Assembly: GCF_000009045.1 (NCBI RefSeq)
Contig: NC_000964.3
Location: forward strand, 3,900,001 to 3,932,000
DNA: 32,000 nt
Direction: 5' to 3'
From: Bacillus subtilis subsp. subtilis str. 168
Lineage (GTDB): Bacteria > Bacillota > Bacilli > Bacillales > Bacillaceae
The notes under the pieces were generated by a model. The model worked only from the letters and a program-made list of their open reading frames with translations, made no database searches and had not been told where the DNA came from. Numbering within the stretch: the first letter of the stretch is position 1; every line of letters starts with the position of its first letter. This document shows, piece by piece, positions 27,951 to 32,000 of the stretch. A program made the position numbers and the translations under genes.

Positions 27951-29108
27951 TTATAGCACATTCGCAATCTTCGACATGGTTTCAGAAAGAGTCGTCAGCT
28001 TAGTGCTCAGCTCTCTGATTTGCTTTTCACTTAATTTATCATAAGACGTATAGGACTGATCATTTGTTTTGTATTTTGCCATTAAAACTTCAAATTCGCT
28101 GAACTCCGTATCCAGTTTTTCCGTCAAGTCGGAGTGATCTTTTACAAGCGCGCTTTTCACTGTTTGATAAACGGCTTCGGAGCCTTCCACATTTGCCATA
28201 AGGTCAACTAAATCAATTCGTGAGTAGCGCTCTTCTTCTCCCGTGATTTTCGAAATTCCGGCTTCGTTCAGAAGCTCCATCGCGCCTGCAACAATTTGTT
28301 CAGGTGTTAATTTCAGTGATTGAATTGAACCGTCAAGCTCTTTTACATCCTTGAGAAGCTGGTCAGCTGTTGCCTTTTCCCCGGAAATATCTTGATCCTT
28401 CCAAATGGCCTTCTCAAGCTTATGGAAGCCTGTCCATTTGTCTCCTTCTTCAACATCGTTTTCTCGTGCGTCAATTTTCGGATCAAGATCTCCGAGGCTT
28501 TCAGCGATCGGTTCGATTCGCTCGTAATAAACACGCGCTTTCGCATATAACGTTTTGGACTTTTCGATATCGCCGGATTTCACAGCACCCGTAAATGCTT
28601 CAGTCGCTTTGACAAGCTGGTCACTCTGCTCTTTGACATAGCCTTTATACTCATCCGCTGCTTTTGCCAGCTGATCGCTAGCCTTTTTGCCGCTCTTCTT
28701 CGCTTCTGTCAGGTCTTCTAAGGATGCTTTCAATGACTCGGATTCTGTCTTGATTTTTCCTGCATCCGGTTTGTCTTTTTGCGCTTCTGTGTAGATTGGC
28801 TGAAGATGCTTTTCGATTTCTGTATATTCGAATGGATAGTCGCTGCGAATATCGTTTTCAAAGGAAAGCCAGTAGCTGTTTAACTCTTTCCCCTTCTTTT
28901 CAATCTCTTTTTGGTCTCCTTTTTCCACTGAGTCATTCAGCTTAGAAATGATGGTTTCCATTTTATTTACGGATGCGGTGATTTCTTTAGTGACCCCGCT
29001 TTTTTCAGATGAAGCTTTTTCTTTGGTTGAAGATGTGTCATTGGCTCCGCAGCCTGCGCACAGCGCAAGGATGCATCCGGCTGATACAGCGATTTTTGTG
29101 AAATTCAT
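27951..29108 (-). CDS. efeO: EfeO-type iron-uptake lipoprotein
   Basis: 385 aa; lipobox ALCAGC; EfeO/M75-like sequence. 4-nt overlap with efeU. Confidence 0.95.
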   Translation of the reverse strand: MNFTKIAVSAGCILALCAGCGANDTSSTKEKASSEKSGVTKEITASVNKMETIISKLNDSVEKGDQKEIEKKGKELNSYWLSFENDIRSDYPFEYTEIEKHLQPIYTEAQKDKPDAGKIKTESESLKASLEDLTEAKKSGKKASDQLAKAADEYKGYVKEQSDQLVKATEAFTGAVKSGDIEKSKTLYAKARVYYERIEPIAESLGDLDPKIDARENDVEEGDKWTGFHKLEKAIWKDQDISGEKATADQLLKDVKELDGSIQSLKLTPEQIVAGAMELLNEAGISKITGEEERYSRIDLVDLMANVEGSEAVYQTVKSALVKDHSDLTEKLDTEFSEFEVLMAKYKTNDQSYTSYDKLSEKQIRELSTKLTTLSETMSKIANVL

Positions 29109-30550
29109 TTTGTCAGTTCCTTTCCGTTTGTAAAATGTTTTGCCGCTTCTGAAACAAGCGCAATCAGTAAAAAGAGTAAAATCAACATTTGCGGAATCGT
29201 GCTGTACACAGACGGATAAATTCCTAGCACCGATACAGACGGCAGCCAGCTTTCTGCATCAGACGGAAGAATGCCCGCCAGTTGAAGGCTGTGAACGCCG
29301 GTTCCGAGAAATTTCACGCACATATACAGGACAACCGCCATTGATAGAAGAAAAAACGGCTTCAATGGAATGCGCATTCCGAGCTTGATCATCAGAACAC
29401 CGACGATGACGAGAACGATAAGCCCTGCGGCAGTTCCGCCGATCAGTTCAGTGAGCGGGAGCTTCCCGACAAGCCCGATGAAAAAGATGACCGTTTCGAG
29501 ACCTTCTCTTACAACTGCCAGAAATGCAATGAGCGCAAAGGAAAGCAGGCTTCGTTTTTTTAGTGCCTGTGACTTCTGGATATTGATTTTTTCTCTCCAT
29601 TTATCCATTGAGGCGTTTCTGTGCAGCCACACCCCGACATACAAAAGCATGACAGCGGACAGTACGCCGGTAACGCCGCCAAGCAAGAAATTGTTTTCTC
29701 CGAATACACTGGAGGAGAACAGAACCGTGACACCGATGCCGGCTGCTAAGGAAACAGCCATGCCGGCGGACGCCCCGCCCCAGATCCATGTCGAGGAACG
29801 CGTAACCCGCGCTTTTTTTGTCATGGTTAATAGCGCTCCGATGACAAGGAGGGCCTCCATTCCTTCACGAACCGGGATCAGCGCCGCATCCCACCAGCTG
29901 TAGCTGCTTGAAGCGATCGGCTCGAGCAATTGAATCATTTCGTCAATTTGCTTTGATACCTTTTCAGGATGGCTGCCGATCTCCGCCTTCATCAGCGCCA
30001 GATTTTCCTCCGATGTCGTATAGGCTTCTTTCGATTGGGACACGACATCTCCCTCAACAGCGAGCCAGGATGTAACTAAATTGTCGATTGCGGATGACGC
30101 TTCATCCAATTGTTTTTTTTCTATGAACTGTTTTGTGTCTTTCAAGCTTTGTATATAGGCTGTTAAGGACGCCCTTGATTGACCTGAGGATGTCTTTTTC
30201 AGCACGACAGCCTGCTGATAGGTTTCTAAATGAGACGCAAGCTCTTCAAGCTGTGTTTTGAGCTTACGTGCGTCTTGATTGATAAAAGAAAGAGAAATCA
30301 TCGCGATATTCGCGTCCATTTCACTGTGAGAAGAAAGGTTTTCTTTCTTAATAGAAGGTTCTTCTTTTTTCCACTTCGCCTTGAAGGTGTCAAACGTTTG
30401 TTGTGCCGAATCCATATCCCCGTCTTTTACGGATTTGATCATTTGCTTGTTTAATTGAATTAATGCGGCGATCGGATCATCTTCCGCATGTGCCGCAGAA
30501 CCGAAAACCATCAACAAGCTGAATAGAATAAGTGCCAGCCCCCGAGCCAT
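29105..30550 (-). CDS. efeU: EfeU, high-affinity iron permease (FTR1 family)
   Basis: Two REGxE motifs (PVREGMEALLVIG; VVREGLETVIFFIG). AGGAGG best spaced for ATG at 30550 (481 aa). Confidence 0.95.
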   Translation of the reverse strand: MARGLALILFSLLMVFGSAAHAEDDPIAALIQLNKQMIKSVKDGDMDSAQQTFDTFKAKWKKEEPSIKKENLSSHSEMDANIAMISLSFINQDARKLKTQLEELASHLETYQQAVVLKKTSSGQSRASLTAYIQSLKDTKQFIEKKQLDEASSAIDNLVTSWLAVEGDVVSQSKEAYTTSEENLALMKAEIGSHPEKVSKQIDEMIQLLEPIASSSYSWWDAALIPVREGMEALLVIGALLTMTKKARVTRSSTWIWGGASAGMAVSLAAGIGVTVLFSSSVFGENNFLLGGVTGVLSAVMLLYVGVWLHRNASMDKWREKINIQKSQALKKRSLLSFALIAFLAVVREGLETVIFFIGLVGKLPLTELIGGTAAGLIVLVIVGVLMIKLGMRIPLKPFFLLSMAVVLYMCVKFLGTGVHSLQLAGILPSDAESWLPSVSVLGIYPSVYSTIPQMLILLFLLIALVSEAAKHFTNGKELTK

Positions 30551-30567
30551 CATGTTCCTCCTATAAT

Positions 30568-30582
30568 TGAAAATGATTATCA
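30568..30582. promoter_or_regulatory. Fur box upstream of efeU
   Basis: TGAAAATGATTATCA (reverse TGATAATCATTTTCA), one mismatch from the 7-1-7 consensus TGATAATNATTATCA, 18 bp upstream of the efeU start. Confidence 0.9.
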
Positions 30583-30656
30583 TTGTATAACATAATCATA
30601 GCCAGTTCCTGTCCTTTGTCAATTAAAATTTGAAGGTCTGAAAACCTTGATGGACA

Positions 30657-30688
30657 GCAAAAAAGCTGTCCTTTTACAGAACAGCCCT
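30657..30688 (-). terminator. Terminator downstream of thiE
   Basis: Minus strand GGGCTGTTCTGTAAAAGGACAGCTTTTTT. Confidence 0.8.
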
Positions 30689-30706
30689 TTGAAGGAAAAT
30701 GAACGA

Positions 30707-32000
<1,294 letters not shown>

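Overview
The window reads as one continuous piece of Bacillus subtilis-type core chromosome (sacPA / vpr / qoxABCD / galKT / slrA / efeUOB / thiEM neighbourhood). It contains 26 supported genes and no prophage, IS element, CRISPR array, rRNA or tRNA that I could recognise. In order: partial HAAS/DUF1700-like membrane gene and PadR regulator (-), pdxK (+), ywdA, sacA, sacP (-) with an antiterminator-controlled leader, ywcJ (+), sacT, ywcI (-), vpr (+), ywcH, nfrA, rodA (-), ywcE (+), qoxDCBA (-), ywzA (+), galT, galK, gtcA-like, ywcC (-), slrA, ywcB, ywcA (+), ywbO, efeB, efeO, efeU, thiE and partial thiM (-). Gene symbols come from recognising the protein sequences, not from a database search. 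The most interesting signals are non-coding. They are a consensus parS (Spo0J/ParB) site at 11431-11446; a cluster of four exact TTATACACA DnaA boxes at 7569-7737 upstream of vpr; a perfect Rex-like operator upstream of ywcJ; and a Fur box upstream of efeU. There is also a nested inverted-repeat element of about 217 bp between ywbO and efeB, a highly structured ORF-poor interval between slrA and ywcB, and a possible 36-codon hydrophobic/lipoprotein-like micro-ORF overlapping the slrA start. One ORF-track entry (10302..11312) carries the wrong strand label. I did not find convincing evidence of a wholly new multi-gene system.
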